DNA of 32,000 bases, from the NCBI RefSeq assembly GCF_042660085.1, contig NZ_JBHSTI010000008.1, positions 1,899,876 through 1,931,875 of the forward strand, in the 5' to 3' direction. How positions within the stretch are numbered: position 1 is the first letter of the stretch; the number at the start of each line of letters is the position of its first letter. This stretch comes from Longivirga aurantiaca. GTDB taxonomy: Bacteria; Actinomycetota; Actinomycetes; S36-B12; CAIYMF01. The notes under the pieces are model-generated. The model was not told where the DNA came from. It worked only from the letters and a program-made list of their open reading frames with translations, and did not search any database. A program made the position numbers and the translations under genes. This document shows, piece by piece, positions 16,285 to 26,274 of this stretch.

Positions 16285-17960
16285 GCCTCATCGTGAAGGA
16301 GGCCGGCAAGGCCATCAGCCGTGCAGACGAGCGGGCCCCGATCAGCTCGCTGCTCAAGGCGAACATGCGCAAGATCTTCCCCGACCACTGGTCGTTCATG
16401 CTGGGTGAGATCGCGCTCTACTCGTTCATCATCCTGCTGCTCACCGGCGTCTACCTGACGATCTGGTTCAAGCCCTCGATGACCGAGATCGTCTACAACG
16501 GCTCGTACACCCCGCTCGTCGGCATCCACATGTCCGAGGCCTACGCCTCCACGCTGGACATCAGCTTCGACGTCCGCGGCGGCCTGCTCCTGCGCCAGAT
16601 CCACCACTGGGCGGCGCTGTTCTTCATGGCCGCGATGATGGTCCACATGTTCCGGATCTTCTTCACCGGAGCGTTCCGCCGACCGCGCGAGTTCAACTGG
16701 GTCATCGGCGGATCGATGATCCTCATCGGCCTGCTCGAGGGCTTCGCCGGCTACTCGCTGCCGGACGACCTGCTGTCCGGCGTCGGGGTCCGCATCGTCG
16801 CGGGCATCGTCGAGTCGATCCCCGTGATCGGCACCTACCTGATGTTCTTCATCTTCGGTGGCGAGTTCCCGGGCAACGACTTCATCCCACGCCTGTACAC
16901 GTTCCACGTGCTGCTCGTGCCAGGGATCCTGCTGGCCCTCATCGGCCTGCACCTGATCCTGATCTTCTACCACAAGCACACGCAGTACCCCGGGCCCGGC
17001 CGCACCAACTCCAACGTCGTCGGCTTCCCGCTCTTCCCGGTGTACGTCGCCAAGGCCGGTGGCTTCTTCTTCATCGTCTTCGGCGTCACCGCGCTGATGG
17101 GTGCGCTGGTCACGATCAACCCGATCTGGGCGTACGGCCCCTACGTGCCCGACCAGGTCACAGCAGGCTCGCAGCCCGACTGGTACATCGGATTCCTCGA
17201 CGGCATGCTCCGCGCGATGCCGCCCTGGGAGACCGTCCTGTTCGGCCAGTGGACGATCAGCTGGAACGTGTTCATCCCAGCGGCGGTCATGCCGGGCATC
17301 CTCGTCGGGCTGCTCCTGGCCTACCCGTTCCTCGAGGCCTGGGTCACCGGCGACAAGCGCGAGCACCACCTGCTCGACCGCCCGCGCAACAACCCCACGC
17401 GCACGGCGATCGGCGTCATGGTCATCTCGTTCTACGGGATCCTGGTCATCAACGGTGCGAACGACGTCATCGCGATCACGTTCAACCTGTCGATCAACCA
17501 GCTGATCTGGTTCACCCGTATCGGGATCTTCATCATCCCGCCGCTGGCGTTCATCGCCACGCGGCGCTGGTGCCTGGCGCTGCAGCGGCGCGACCGCGAC
17601 CTGCTGCTGCACGGTCGGGAGAGCGGCCAGATCCTGCGCCTCCCGCACGGCGAGTTCATCGAGATCCACACGCCGGTCTCGGACGACGTCAAGGCGGTCA
17701 TCCTCTCCAAGGAGGACGTCGCGCCGATCGAGGCTCCCCCGGCCACCGACGAGAACGGCGTCAAGACGCCGGGCCTGCGCGGCAAGCGCTGGCGGGCCAA
17801 GCTGTCCCGGGCGTACTTCGGCGACAACGTCGCCAAGCCCTCGGCGGCCGAGCTCGAGGAGGCCGCGCACCACGGGCACGAGCTCCACGACCACGAGGTC
17901 GCCGAGCTCGAGGCGGCCGGCAAGCACGCACCGTCGACGCTCACGCCCGACTCGCACTGA
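16281..17960 (+). CDS. qcrB: Cytochrome bc1 complex cytochrome b subunit
   Basis: Multi-TM protein with haem-ligand regions (LLRQIHHWAALFFMAAMMVHMFR; TFHVLLVPGILLALIGLHL). ATGA overlap with qcrA. Confidence 0.93.
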   Translation: MSLIVKEAGKAISRADERAPISSLLKANMRKIFPDHWSFMLGEIALYSFIILLLTGVYLTIWFKPSMTEIVYNGSYTPLVGIHMSEAYASTLDISFDVRGGLLLRQIHHWAALFFMAAMMVHMFRIFFTGAFRRPREFNWVIGGSMILIGLLEGFAGYSLPDDLLSGVGVRIVAGIVESIPVIGTYLMFFIFGGEFPGNDFIPRLYTFHVLLVPGILLALIGLHLILIFYHKHTQYPGPGRTNSNVVGFPLFPVYVAKAGGFFFIVFGVTALMGALVTINPIWAYGPYVPDQVTAGSQPDWYIGFLDGMLRAMPPWETVLFGQWTISWNVFIPAAVMPGILVGLLLAYPFLEAWVTGDKREHHLLDRPRNNPTRTAIGVMVISFYGILVINGANDVIAITFNLSINQLIWFTRIGIFIIPPLAFIATRRWCLALQRRDRDLLLHGRESGQILRLPHGEFIEIHTPVSDDVKAVILSKEDVAPIEAPPATDENGVKTPGLRGKRWRAKLSRAYFGDNVAKPSAAELEEAAHHGHELHDHEVAELEAAGKHAPSTLTPDSH

Positions 17961-17975
17961 GTCACCAGCACCATC

Positions 17976-18005
17976 GAAGGCCCGGTCCGCGAGGACCGGG
18001 CCTTC
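17976..18005 (+). terminator. Perfect 13-bp GC hairpin 15 nt after the qcrB stop (putative terminator)
   Basis: GAAGGCCCGGTCC-gcga-GGACCGGGCCTTC, with no U tract, as is common in high-GC actinobacteria. Confidence 0.6.
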
Positions 18006-18043
18006 GTGCGTCGGCGGCCTGCACGCGCTGGCAGGCTGGTCCC

Positions 18044-18409
18044 GTGGACACCACCCCGCTCCCCCGCCCGGACGGCGACCCGGTCGCGCCGGAGCCCCGT
18101 CGGGTCGACACCGGCTGCCGTCGCGGCCACACCGGCCGCAGCGGGCCCGGCGAGAACCGCGAGCTGGGGCAGGTGCCCGGCCGCGTGTCGGCGTGGTTCG
18201 GCGCGGTGCTGCTGGCACTGGTCTGCGCGGCGCTGTGGGCCTGGCTGCCCGTCACCCGGCCGTGGCTGCCCGTGGTGCTCGGCACCTGGTACGTCGTCGT
18301 CCTCGCCGTCCAGGCCGCCCTGGGCCACCGGGGCACGTGCCTGGTCCGCCGCACCGGCCGGTGGTACTTCGGGCCCGCAGGGGCCCTCCTGGGCCCCTCC
18401 GAGGACTGA
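18044..18409 (+). CDS. Small membrane protein with two predicted TM helices, unknown function
   Basis: Nearly all codons in this frame are G/C-ending. Hydrophobic segments are WFGAVLLALVCAALWAWL and WLPVVLGTWYVVVLAVQAAL. The start is uncertain: GTG 18044 is the first candidate after the terminator. Confidence 0.5.
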   Translation: MDTTPLPRPDGDPVAPEPRRVDTGCRRGHTGRSGPGENRELGQVPGRVSAWFGAVLLALVCAALWAWLPVTRPWLPVVLGTWYVVVLAVQAALGHRGTCLVRRTGRWYFGPAGALLGPSED

Positions 18410-18454
18410 CTCAGCCCGCGGCCACCGGCACTCGCCCCCTCCGAGCGCGCTGCC

Positions 18455-19645
18455 TCAGGCGAACGCCGAGCCCGCCTTCCACTCGTCGTACGGCGTGTTC
18501 CAGAGGCCGATGCCGTTCCACGGCTGCATCTCGCGGTTGCTGCCGGTGTAGACGACGACGTCGCCGATCCGGGATCGGTCGTAGAGCCACTTCGCGTTCG
18601 CGTCGCTCATGCCGGTGCAGCCGTGCGAGACGTTCTCCTTGCCCTGCTCGGCGACCGACCAGGGCGCGGCGTGGATGAACTCGCCGGAGTTGGTGAGCCG
18701 CATCGCCCACTTCACCTCGAGGCGGTAGTACTCGGGGTCGTTCACGAGCGTGCCGCCGGTGGAGGCGTCCATCAGGCGCGTGGGCTCCTTGGTGGAGATC
18801 ACCTTCACGCCGCTGCGCGTGGTGAACCCCTCCTTCCCGGTGGTGATCGGGATCCGCTTCACGGTCTTGCCGTCACGGGTCACGCGCATCGTGTGCTTCT
18901 GGATGTCGACGTACGACACCATCGCGGCGCCGGTGGCGAAGGTCAGGGTGCGGTCGGCCTGGCCCCAGATCTTCGAGGTGAACCGCTGCCCTTTGAGCCG
19001 GGCGGTGACCGTGACAGTCGCGTGGCCGGGCCAGTACTCGGCGGGGCGGTAGCTGACGACGTTCGAGGAGTCCCAGCTCCAGGAGCCGTCGACCTTCTCG
19101 CCGTCCACGCGCACGGCGAGAGTGCGCTCGAACGCCCTGCGCGCGGAGTTGGTGGGCAGGCCCTGGTCGAGGGTGAGCCGGATCGGCAGGCCCACGCCGA
19201 CCACAGCCCCCTCGCGCGGGCTCATCGTGAACCCGAGGAAGGAGGACGGCGCGACCGTCTGCAGGATCGTGGTGCTGCGGGTGGGGACGCCGACGCGGTC
19301 GACCGCCTCGGCCTCGACGGTGTACGACGAGTCGTAGTCGAGCTTGCCGCCCGCCACCATGAACGTGCGCCCGTCCACCGAGAGCACGCCCTCGACCGGC
19401 CCGTCCGGACCGACCACGCGCACCGCGGTGAGACGGCCGGCATCGGCCTTCACCACGAGCCGGGCAGCGGGGGCCACGGGCTCGCCGGTGGGCGCGGGGG
19501 TGATGACGATCGAGGCGGCCGAGGCGGGCTCGACCGAGCCCGCGCGGATCTGGAGGCCGCCGGCGCCGCAGCCGCTCAGCACGAGCGCAGTGGCCGTGCC
19601 GAGCACGACCAGCAGCGCCTTCGGGGCGCGCGAACCAGTGCTCAC
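18455..19645 (-). CDS. L,D-transpeptidase lipoprotein (YkuD domain with N-terminal Ig-like domains, LdtMt2-like)
   Basis: Lipobox LVLSGC. YkuD catalytic motif HAAPWSVAEQGKENVSHGCTGMS. GTG 19645 is preceded by GGGGGTG. Confidence 0.9.
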   Translation of the reverse strand: MSTGSRAPKALLVVLGTATALVLSGCGAGGLQIRAGSVEPASAASIVITPAPTGEPVAPAARLVVKADAGRLTAVRVVGPDGPVEGVLSVDGRTFMVAGGKLDYDSSYTVEAEAVDRVGVPTRSTTILQTVAPSSFLGFTMSPREGAVVGVGLPIRLTLDQGLPTNSARRAFERTLAVRVDGEKVDGSWSWDSSNVVSYRPAEYWPGHATVTVTARLKGQRFTSKIWGQADRTLTFATGAAMVSYVDIQKHTMRVTRDGKTVKRIPITTGKEGFTTRSGVKVISTKEPTRLMDASTGGTLVNDPEYYRLEVKWAMRLTNSGEFIHAAPWSVAEQGKENVSHGCTGMSDANAKWLYDRSRIGDVVVYTGSNREMQPWNGIGLWNTPYDEWKAGSAFA

Positions 19646-19772
19646 GTCACACCCCCGTCCGCTCCCGTGCTCAGGTCCTGCCCACAGTGTCGGCAGGCGC
19701 GGGCCGTCGGTCCACCTCTCCAGGATGACGGATGGGTGACGGTTGGCCCGTTCGGGGGTCCCGGGAGCACGA

Positions 19773-19808
19773 CGAGGGGGCCGGACCCAGCTGGGTCCGG
19801 CCCCCTCG
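19773..19808 (-). terminator. 36-nt perfect palindrome 15 nt downstream of ctaF (putative terminator of ctaCDF)
   Basis: CGAGGGGGCCGGACCCAG|CTGGGTCCGGCCCCCTCG has 18-nt arms, all positions checked. Confidence 0.6.
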
Positions 19809-19823
19809 GGCAGTGCGGGGTGC

Positions 19824-20219
19824 TCAGTCGGCGAACTCGCCGACGTAGTACTCGAACACGAAGCCCACGATGCTGAGCAGGAGCAGGCCGACGCCCAGGA
19901 TCAGCAGCCAGACGGCGAACACCAGGCCCATGACCGTGATGCCGGTGGCGATCGCGACGGCGATGGGCCACCACGAGTGCGGGCTGAAGAAGCCGTAGTC
20001 GGGCTCGGCGTCCTCGATGACGGCGAGCGGGTCGTCCTCGGGGCGGGTGCCCACGCGGCGAGCCGTGAAGAGCAGGTAGAAGCCGACGAGGAAGGCCAGA
20101 CCGCCGGTCAGCGCGAGCGCCGTGGTGCCGACGATCTCCTTCGTGATGAACCAGTAGGCGATCGCGACCACGCCGAAGAAGGCGGTGCCGATCGCGAAGA
20201 GCGCGCCCTCGATCTTCAC
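19824..20219 (-). CDS. ctaF: Cytochrome c oxidase subunit IV (actinobacterial CtaF)
   Basis: 131 aa, four TM segments, N-terminus (V)[22 protein letters not shown] like actinobacterial CtaF. GTGA overlap with the ctaD stop. Confidence 0.85.
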   Translation of the reverse strand: MKIEGALFAIGTAFFGVVAIAYWFITKEIVGTTALALTGGLAFLVGFYLLFTARRVGTRPEDDPLAVIEDAEPDYGFFSPHSWWPIAVAIATGITVMGLVFAVWLLILGVGLLLLSIVGFVFEYYVGEFAD

Positions 20220-21946
20220 GACTCAACACCCTTCGACTCGGCGCCGACGAGCGCGTCGACGACCTGTGCGTGCCCGTGGTCGGCCAGCTCCGGGTGGTGC
20301 AGGTCGAACGCCGGGGACTCCGACCGGATGACCGGGATGGAGGTGAAGTTGTGCCGCGGAGGCGGGCAGGACGTCGCCCACTCGAGCGAGCGGCTCCAGC
20401 CCCACGGGTCGTCCTCGGTCACCCGCGGAGCGGTGCGGGCGGTCTTCCACACGTTGTAGAAGAACGGCAGCATCGAGATGGCCAGGATCGCCGACCCGAC
20501 GGTGCTCACCACGTTGAGCTCGGTGAAGCCGTCCGACTCGAGGTAGTCCGCGTAGCGGCGGGGCATGCCCTCGGCGCCGAGCCAGTGCTGGACGAGGAAC
20601 GTCGTGTGGAAGCCGACGAACAGCAGCCAGAAGTGCACCTTGCCGAGGCTCTCGTCGAGCATCTTGCCGGTCCACTTCGGCCACCAGAAGTAGAAGCCGG
20701 CGAACATCGCGAACACGACCGTGCCGAACACGACGTAGTGGAAGTGCGCCACCACGAAGTAGGAGTCGGACACCTGGAAGTCGACCGGCGGGGCCGAGAG
20801 CAGGATGCCCGTGAGACCGCCGAAGAGGAACGTGACGAGGAAGCCGAGGGTCCAGAGCATCGGCGTCTCGAACGAGACCGAGCCGCGCCACATCGTGCCG
20901 ATCCAGTTGAAGAACTTCACACCGGTCGGGATCGCGATGAGCATCGTCATGAACGAGAAGAACGGCAGGTTGACCGCGCCGGTGACGTACATGTGGTGAG
21001 CCCACACCGCGACCGAGAGGGCGGCGATCGCCGCGGTGGCGAACACCAGGCCCTTGTAGCCGAAGATCGGCTTGCGGCTGAACACCGGGAGGATCTCCGA
21101 GGCGATGCCGAAGAACGGCAGCGCCAGGATGTAGACCTCGGGGTGCCCGAAGAACCAGAACAGGTGCTGCCACAGGATCGCGCCGCCGTTGGCGGCGTCG
21201 AACACCTGCGCGCCGAACATGCGGTCGGCCTCGAGCACCAGGAACGCTGCGGCGAGGACCGGGAAGGCCATCAGCACGAGGACGCTGGTGAAGAGCACGT
21301 TCCACGTGAAGATCGGCATGCGGAACATCGTCATGCCGGGCGCGCGCATGCAGAAGATCGTGGTGATGAAGTTGACCGCGCCGAGGATGGACCCGAGGCC
21401 ACCGAGGGTGAAGCCGAGGATCCAGAGGTCGGAGCCGACGTTCGGCGAGTTGATCGCGTTCGACAGCGGCGTGTAGGCGAACCAGCCGAAGTCGGCGGCG
21501 CCGCCGGGGGTCAGGAAGCCGAAGCAGACGATCACGCCGCCGACGACGAAGAACCAGAAGGCGAGTGCGTTCAGGCGCGGGAAGGCGACGTCGGGGGCGC
21601 CGATCTGCAGCGGCATGAGCGCGTTGGCGAAGCCGGCGAACAGCGGCGTCGCGAACAGCAGCAGCATGATCGAGCCGTGCATCGTGAACAGCTGGTTGTA
21701 CTGCGCGTTCGACACGATCTGCAGGCCCGGCTGCGCGAGCTCGGCGCGGATGACCAGGGCCATCACGCCGCCGAACACGAAGAACGAGAACGAGACGATC
21801 ATGTACATGTAGCCGATGACCTTGTGGTCGGTGGAGGTGATCCACTTGACCAGCGTGCGGCCGAACTTGCGGCGCGAGGGATCGGTCGTCGTCATGCCCT
21901 CGGGGTCGGGCGCGGGCACGACCGGGCGGTCGTTGAGCAGCGTCAC
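20216..21946 (-). CDS. ctaD: Cytochrome c oxidase (aa3) subunit I
   Basis: [26 protein letters not shown] and HFHYV signatures. The GTG start overlaps the ctaC stop (GTGA). ATG 21895 is an alternative start. Confidence 0.94.
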   Translation of the reverse strand: MTLLNDRPVVPAPDPEGMTTTDPSRRKFGRTLVKWITSTDHKVIGYMYMIVSFSFFVFGGVMALVIRAELAQPGLQIVSNAQYNQLFTMHGSIMLLLFATPLFAGFANALMPLQIGAPDVAFPRLNALAFWFFVVGGVIVCFGFLTPGGAADFGWFAYTPLSNAINSPNVGSDLWILGFTLGGLGSILGAVNFITTIFCMRAPGMTMFRMPIFTWNVLFTSVLVLMAFPVLAAAFLVLEADRMFGAQVFDAANGGAILWQHLFWFFGHPEVYILALPFFGIASEILPVFSRKPIFGYKGLVFATAAIAALSVAVWAHHMYVTGAVNLPFFSFMTMLIAIPTGVKFFNWIGTMWRGSVSFETPMLWTLGFLVTFLFGGLTGILLSAPPVDFQVSDSYFVVAHFHYVVFGTVVFAMFAGFYFWWPKWTGKMLDESLGKVHFWLLFVGFHTTFLVQHWLGAEGMPRRYADYLESDGFTELNVVSTVGSAILAISMLPFFYNVWKTARTAPRVTEDDPWGWSRSLEWATSCPPPRHNFTSIPVIRSESPAFDLHHPELADHGHAQVVDALVGAESKGVES

Positions 21947-22797
21947 TGGGAACTCCCCGAGTCGTCGATGCGTCCGGTGTTGCCGCCGGCGTCACCGGTG
22001 GTGATGACGCGGCCGGTCTCGAGCGAGCCGCCCTGGCCGCGGGCCTTGAGCTCGGCGATGTGCGCGTCGTACTCGGCGCGCGAGACGACGCGGACGTTGA
22101 AGAGCATCCGCGAGTGGTCGGTGCCGCAGAGCTCGGCGCACTTGCCCGCGAACACGCCCTCCTTGTTCGGCGTGAGCTCGAACTGGTTGAGGCGGCCGGG
22201 CACGACGTCCATCTTGAAGAGGAACTGCGGCACCCAGAACGAGTGGATCACGTCGGGCGAGGTCAGCTCGAAGCGGGTGCGCTCGTTGACGGGGAGCCAG
22301 AGGTCGGCCGGCCTGGCCGGTGTGCCGACGTCGTACGCCCCCTCCTCGTAGTTGAAGCCCCAGTTCCACTTGAACCCGACGACGCCCACCGTGTTGGAGG
22401 GGTCGGGCGTGAGCTTGGTGAGCTCGGCCTGGTCGCGGGCGGTCACGACGAAGAGCGCGGCGATCATGACGGCCGGGGCCACCGTGTAGAGGATCTCGAG
22501 CGGCGCGTTGTAGCGCGTCTGCACCGGAGCGCCGGAGTTGGCCCGCTTCCGGTAGGCGATGATCGCCCAGAAGATCAGGCCCCAGGTCAGGACGCCGACC
22601 GCGAAGGCCGCGATCCAGGCGTTCTGCCAGAACGAGAGCAGGAGCGGCCCCTGCTCGGTGGCCGGCTCGGGGTAGCCGAGGCGACCCCATTCGGTGTCGG
22701 CGGAGCACCCTGCGGTGCCGGCCAGCACGAGGGCCGCGCCAGCGGCCAGTGCGACGCGGCGTGCCCGCGAGGGGCGCTGCGAGCGGGTCGAGCCCAC
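21943..22797 (-). CDS. ctaC: Cytochrome c oxidase subunit II (lipoprotein)
   Basis: Lipobox LAGTAGC, two TM helices, and the CuA site HSFWVP...[12 protein letters not shown]. Confidence 0.93.
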   Translation of the reverse strand: MGSTRSQRPSRARRVALAAGAALVLAGTAGCSADTEWGRLGYPEPATEQGPLLLSFWQNAWIAAFAVGVLTWGLIFWAIIAYRKRANSGAPVQTRYNAPLEILYTVAPAVMIAALFVVTARDQAELTKLTPDPSNTVGVVGFKWNWGFNYEEGAYDVGTPARPADLWLPVNERTRFELTSPDVIHSFWVPQFLFKMDVVPGRLNQFELTPNKEGVFAGKCAELCGTDHSRMLFNVRVVSRAEYDAHIAELKARGQGGSLETGRVITTGDAGGNTGRIDDSGSSQ

Positions 22798-23008
22798 GGA
22801 TCGCCATCCCTTGGTGAGGTCGTGCCCCCCGGAACGACAGCGGGCCGCCGGGTGGGCGGCTCGCAGCGACCCGGGGGACGGGTCCGACGTACGCGCCGAG
22901 ACTAGCGCAGCAACCCTCCGACGACCCCCTGGGGTGGGGCATTACCGTCAGGGCGTGGCGCAGCACCTGACCAGCGACGATACCGACGCGGGCGGACCTG
23001 CCGACGGT

Positions 23009-24175
23009 GTGAGGCAAGCCTCACCGAAGAAGTCGGCAGCACCCCCGCGCGGCTACCTCGACGCGGCCTCCGGCGAGCCCCTGCGGCCCGCCGCCAGGGC
23101 CGCGCTCGAGGCCGCCCTCGACCAGGGCTGGGCCGACCCGACGCGCCGGTACCACGACGCCCGGAGGGCCCGCCTGCTGCTCGACGCGGCCCGGGAGTCG
23201 GTCGCCGCGCACCTGGGCGCGCGCCCGGACGAGGTCTCGTTCACGGCGTCCGGCACCCAGGCAGCGCATCTCGGGGTCGCGGGCCTCGCCCACGGTCGCG
23301 TGCGCACCGGCGCCCGCGTCGTCGCGACGGCGGTCGAGCACTCGAGCGTCCTGCACGCGGCCCGCGCCGCGGGCGAGCCCGTGCTCGTGCCCGTCGACGC
23401 CCTCGGACGCCTCGATCTCGACGCGTTCGCCCGTGCCGTCGGCGGCGGGGGCGTGGCCCTCGCCGCCGTGCAGAGCGCGAACCACGAGGTCGGCACCCGT
23501 CAGCCCGTCGCCGCGGTGGCCGACCTCGCCCGCCAGCACGACGTGCCTCTGCTCGTCGACGCCGCCCTGTCGGTGGGCCGGGACGCCCTCCCCGGCGGGT
23601 GGTCCGTCCTCACCGCCAGCGCGCACAAGTGGGGAGGCCCTGCCGGCGTCGGCGTGCTCGCGGTGCGCACGGGCGTCCGCTGGCGGTCGCCCTCCCCCGA
23701 CGACCCGCGCGAGGGCGGCCGCGTGCCGGGCTTCGTGCCGGTGCCGCTGGTGGTGGCTGCAGCAGCGGCCCTCGAGGCGGCCGAGTCCGAGCGCGCCGCC
23801 GAGGGCGTGCGGCTGCGTCGTCTCGTCGACGTCGTGCGCGCCCGTGTGCCGGAGCTCGTGCCGGACGTCGTCGTGCTCGGCGACCCCGCCGACCGGCTCC
23901 CGCACGTGGTCACGTTCTCCTGCCTGTACGTGGACGGCGAGTCGCTCCTCGACGGCCTCGACCGCGAGGGGTTCGCCGCCTCCTCCGGGTCGTCGTGCGT
24001 CGCCGACGCGCTCGAGCCGAGCCACGTCCTCGCCGCCATGGGCGCGCTCACGCAGGGCAACCTGCGGGTGTCGCTGCCTGCCGGGGTGCGTGAGGACGAT
24101 GTCGCGCGGTTCCTGGAGGTGCTGCCTCGTGTCGTCGCGGACGTGCGTGCCACCCTGGGGGCGGAGGACCTGTGA
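23009..24175 (+). CDS. Class V aminotransferase / cysteine desulfurase (NifS/IscS-like)
   Basis: PLP lysine in SAHKWGGPAG and active-site loop SSGSSC. The start is uncertain (GTG 23009 or GTG 22955). The track ORF from 22694 is over-extended. Confidence 0.82.
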   Translation: MRQASPKKSAAPPRGYLDAASGEPLRPAARAALEAALDQGWADPTRRYHDARRARLLLDAARESVAAHLGARPDEVSFTASGTQAAHLGVAGLAHGRVRTGARVVATAVEHSSVLHAARAAGEPVLVPVDALGRLDLDAFARAVGGGGVALAAVQSANHEVGTRQPVAAVADLARQHDVPLLVDAALSVGRDALPGGWSVLTASAHKWGGPAGVGVLAVRTGVRWRSPSPDDPREGGRVPGFVPVPLVVAAAAALEAAESERAAEGVRLRRLVDVVRARVPELVPDVVVLGDPADRLPHVVTFSCLYVDGESLLDGLDREGFAASSGSSCVADALEPSHVLAAMGALTQGNLRVSLPAGVREDDVARFLEVLPRVVADVRATLGAEDL

Positions 24176-24435
24176 CCGACGCACCGGCGTACGACCGCAT
24201 CGTGGACGAGCGGGGCAAGCGCTGCCCGATGCCCGTGATCTCCCTGGCGCGCAGGGTCTCTGTCGAGCCGGACGCCCGGCTCCTGCTCCTGGCCGACGAT
24301 CCGGCGGCCGAGACCGACGTGCCCGCCTGGTGCGCCCTCCGCGGCCGCACGCTCGCCTGGGTGGGCGCCGCGCCCGACGGCGTGGGGCGCGGCTACCTCG
24401 TCATCCCCCGGAGCGACGACCCTCCGGAGCTGTGA
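24172..24435 (+). CDS. TusA-like sulfurtransferase (SirA/YedF/YeeD family)
   Basis: 87 aa with the signature Cys in GKRCPMPV. The GTG start overlaps the desulfurase stop (GTGA). Confidence 0.8.
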   Translation: MTDAPAYDRIVDERGKRCPMPVISLARRVSVEPDARLLLLADDPAAETDVPAWCALRGRTLAWVGAAPDGVGRGYLVIPRSDDPPEL

Positions 24436-25099
24436 AGGCGGGCGGCAGCGCGAGCGCCGCATCGAGCAGCTCGAGGTAGTCGAGCCGGTCGACCTCGACG
24501 ACGCCCAGCGTGGCGAGGTGGTCCGTGCACCACTGGACGTCGAGCAGCCGCCCCGGGCCGGGCGCCGCGACGAGGGCGTCGACCAGTGCCACGAGCGCCA
24601 CCTTCGACGCATCCCGCTCGCGGCTGAACATCGACTCGCCCGCGAACAGACCGCCGATCTCCACGCCGTACAGGCCGCCCACGAGGTCGCCCTCGGCTGT
24701 GCGCGTCTCGACCGAGTGCGCCCATCCGAGGCGGTGCAGCTCGACGTAGGCCTGCACGAACTGCTCGGTGATCCAGCCGGACGGCCGCCGGGGGTCGCCG
24801 CAGGCGCGCATGACCTCCTCGAACGCGGTGTCGACCGTGGTCGTGAAGCGCCGGCAGGACTTCCGCAGCGACCGGGTCACGCGCAGGCCGTCCAGCGGCA
24901 GCACCCCGCGCGGGTCGGGCGACCACCAGCCGAGGGGGCCGGCGCGGTCGAGCGGCATGGGGAACAGTCCGCTGCGGTACGCCGCGAGCAGCGTGCCGGG
25001 CTCGAGGTCGGCGCCGACTCCGAGCACCTCCTCGCCCGGCTCGCCGAGGGCAGGGTCCGGCAGGACCCATCCGGTCGGCGCCGGCTCCTCTCGGCTCAC
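24401..25099 (-). CDS. aat: Leucyl/phenylalanyl-tRNA--protein transferase
   Basis: LLAAYRSGLFPMP, GDLVGGLYGVEIGGLFAGESMFS and DVQWCTDHLATLG. GTG 25099 is preceded by GGGGGAGG. Confidence 0.9.
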   Translation of the reverse strand: MSREEPAPTGWVLPDPALGEPGEEVLGVGADLEPGTLLAAYRSGLFPMPLDRAGPLGWWSPDPRGVLPLDGLRVTRSLRKSCRRFTTTVDTAFEEVMRACGDPRRPSGWITEQFVQAYVELHRLGWAHSVETRTAEGDLVGGLYGVEIGGLFAGESMFSRERDASKVALVALVDALVAAPGPGRLLDVQWCTDHLATLGVVEVDRLDYLELLDAALALPPAFTAPEGRRSGG

Positions 25100-25123
25100 G
25101 GCCTCCCCCTCGTCGTCACGGCG

Positions 25124-26110
25124 TCAGGGGCGCGGGCACCGGATGTTGCTGCCGACCTCGTCCGCGGCCTCGGCGCCGTAGGTGCCGGCGAAGCGCGCGA
25201 GGAAGTGCTGCTGGGCGAGGTCGTACTCCTGGGTGCCCACCGTCTCGATGACGTACGTCGCGAGCAGCGACCCGATCTGGGCGCAGCGCTCGTGCGAGAG
25301 CCCCCAGGCGAGACCGGCGAGGAACCCGGCGCGGAACGCGTCGCCGACACCGGTCGGGTCGGCCTTGAGCTCCTCGGGCGGGCACGGCACGAACACCGTC
25401 TCCTCGCCCTTCACCTCCACGCGGGCGCCGTCCTTGCCGAGCGTGGTGACGCGAACGCCGACGCGGTGGAGCACCTCGTCGGATGTCCAGCCCGTCTTCT
25501 GCTCGATGAGGCCGGCCTCGTAGTCGTTGCTGAAGAGGTACGCCGCGCCGTCGACGAGCTGCTTGATGCCGTCGCCGTCGAGCCACGCGAGCTGCTGGCT
25601 GGGGTCGGCCACGAACGGGATCTCGCGGAAGCGGCACTCGTCGGTGTGCCGGGTCATCGCCTCGGGGTCGTTCGCCCCGACGAGGACGAGGTCGACGCCG
25701 CCGAGCCGGTCGGCGATCGGGCCGAGCTCGATCTCGCGCGCCTCGGACATCGCGCCGGGGTAGAACGACGCGATCTGGCACTGCTCGGTGTCCGTCGTGC
25801 ACACGAACCGCGCGGTGTGACGGACGTCGGAGACCTTGACCGACGCGGTGTCGACGCCGTGCCGGTCGAGCCAGGACCGGTAGTCGGCGAAGTCCTGGCC
25901 GACGGCGCCCACGAGCGTCGGGCGCAGCCCGAGCACGGCCATGCCGAACGCGATGTTGGCGGCCACTCCCCCGCGCCGGACATCGAGGTCGTCGACGAGG
26001 AACGACAGCGAGACGCGGTCGAGCTTGTCGGCGACGAGCGAGTCGGAGAACTTGCCCGGGAAGGTCATGAGGTGGTCGGTCGCGATCGACCCCGTCACGC
26101 AGACGCGCAC
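25124..26110 (-). CDS. adoK: PfkB-family kinase, adenosine kinase-like (Rv2202c-like)
   Basis: The N-terminus (V)RVCVTGSIATDHLMTFPGKFSDSLVADKLDRVSLSFLVDDL closely resembles the remembered mycobacterial AdoK. PfkB motif DPTGVGDAFRAGFLAG. GTG 26110 follows AGAAGAGGGG. Substrate is inferred, not shown. Confidence 0.8.
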   Translation of the reverse strand: MRVCVTGSIATDHLMTFPGKFSDSLVADKLDRVSLSFLVDDLDVRRGGVAANIAFGMAVLGLRPTLVGAVGQDFADYRSWLDRHGVDTASVKVSDVRHTARFVCTTDTEQCQIASFYPGAMSEAREIELGPIADRLGGVDLVLVGANDPEAMTRHTDECRFREIPFVADPSQQLAWLDGDGIKQLVDGAAYLFSNDYEAGLIEQKTGWTSDEVLHRVGVRVTTLGKDGARVEVKGEETVFVPCPPEELKADPTGVGDAFRAGFLAGLAWGLSHERCAQIGSLLATYVIETVGTQEYDLAQQHFLARFAGTYGAEAADEVGSNIRCPRP

Positions 26111-26143
26111 GGCCCCTCTTCTCTGTGGTGGTCGTGGGTGGGA

Positions 26144-26186
26144 GCTCGCGTTTCGGATGCGCAGAACCTTATCCGCCGCACGGAAC
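26144..26186. repeat. Possible degenerate copy of the palindromic repeat family (copy D)
   Basis: GCTCgcgtttcGGATG-N7-CCTTATCCgCCGcacgGAAC compares with the intact copy GCTCtattGGATG-N7-CCTTCATCCaatagaGCCGAAC. The GGATG to CCTT spacing is the same, but the stem complementarity is lost. Confidence 0.35.
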
Positions 26187-26274
26187 CGCGATGCGGTGAC
26201 CGGCGTCACAGCACCGTAGGACACCGGGGCGGCACCCGAGGGACGATGAGGTGCCACGGCAGGGAGGTACGGCG

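Noticed and set aside
16122-18218. 698-aa minus-strand ORF antisense to qcrB
   Set aside because: It is an Asp/Arg/Val-rich artefact, and qcrB is unambiguous on the plus strand.
20270-22351. 693-aa plus-strand ORF antisense to ctaD/ctaC, plus the 20223..21995 (-) shifted frame
   Set aside because: ctaD and ctaC signatures sit in the other frames. These translations are low-complexity.
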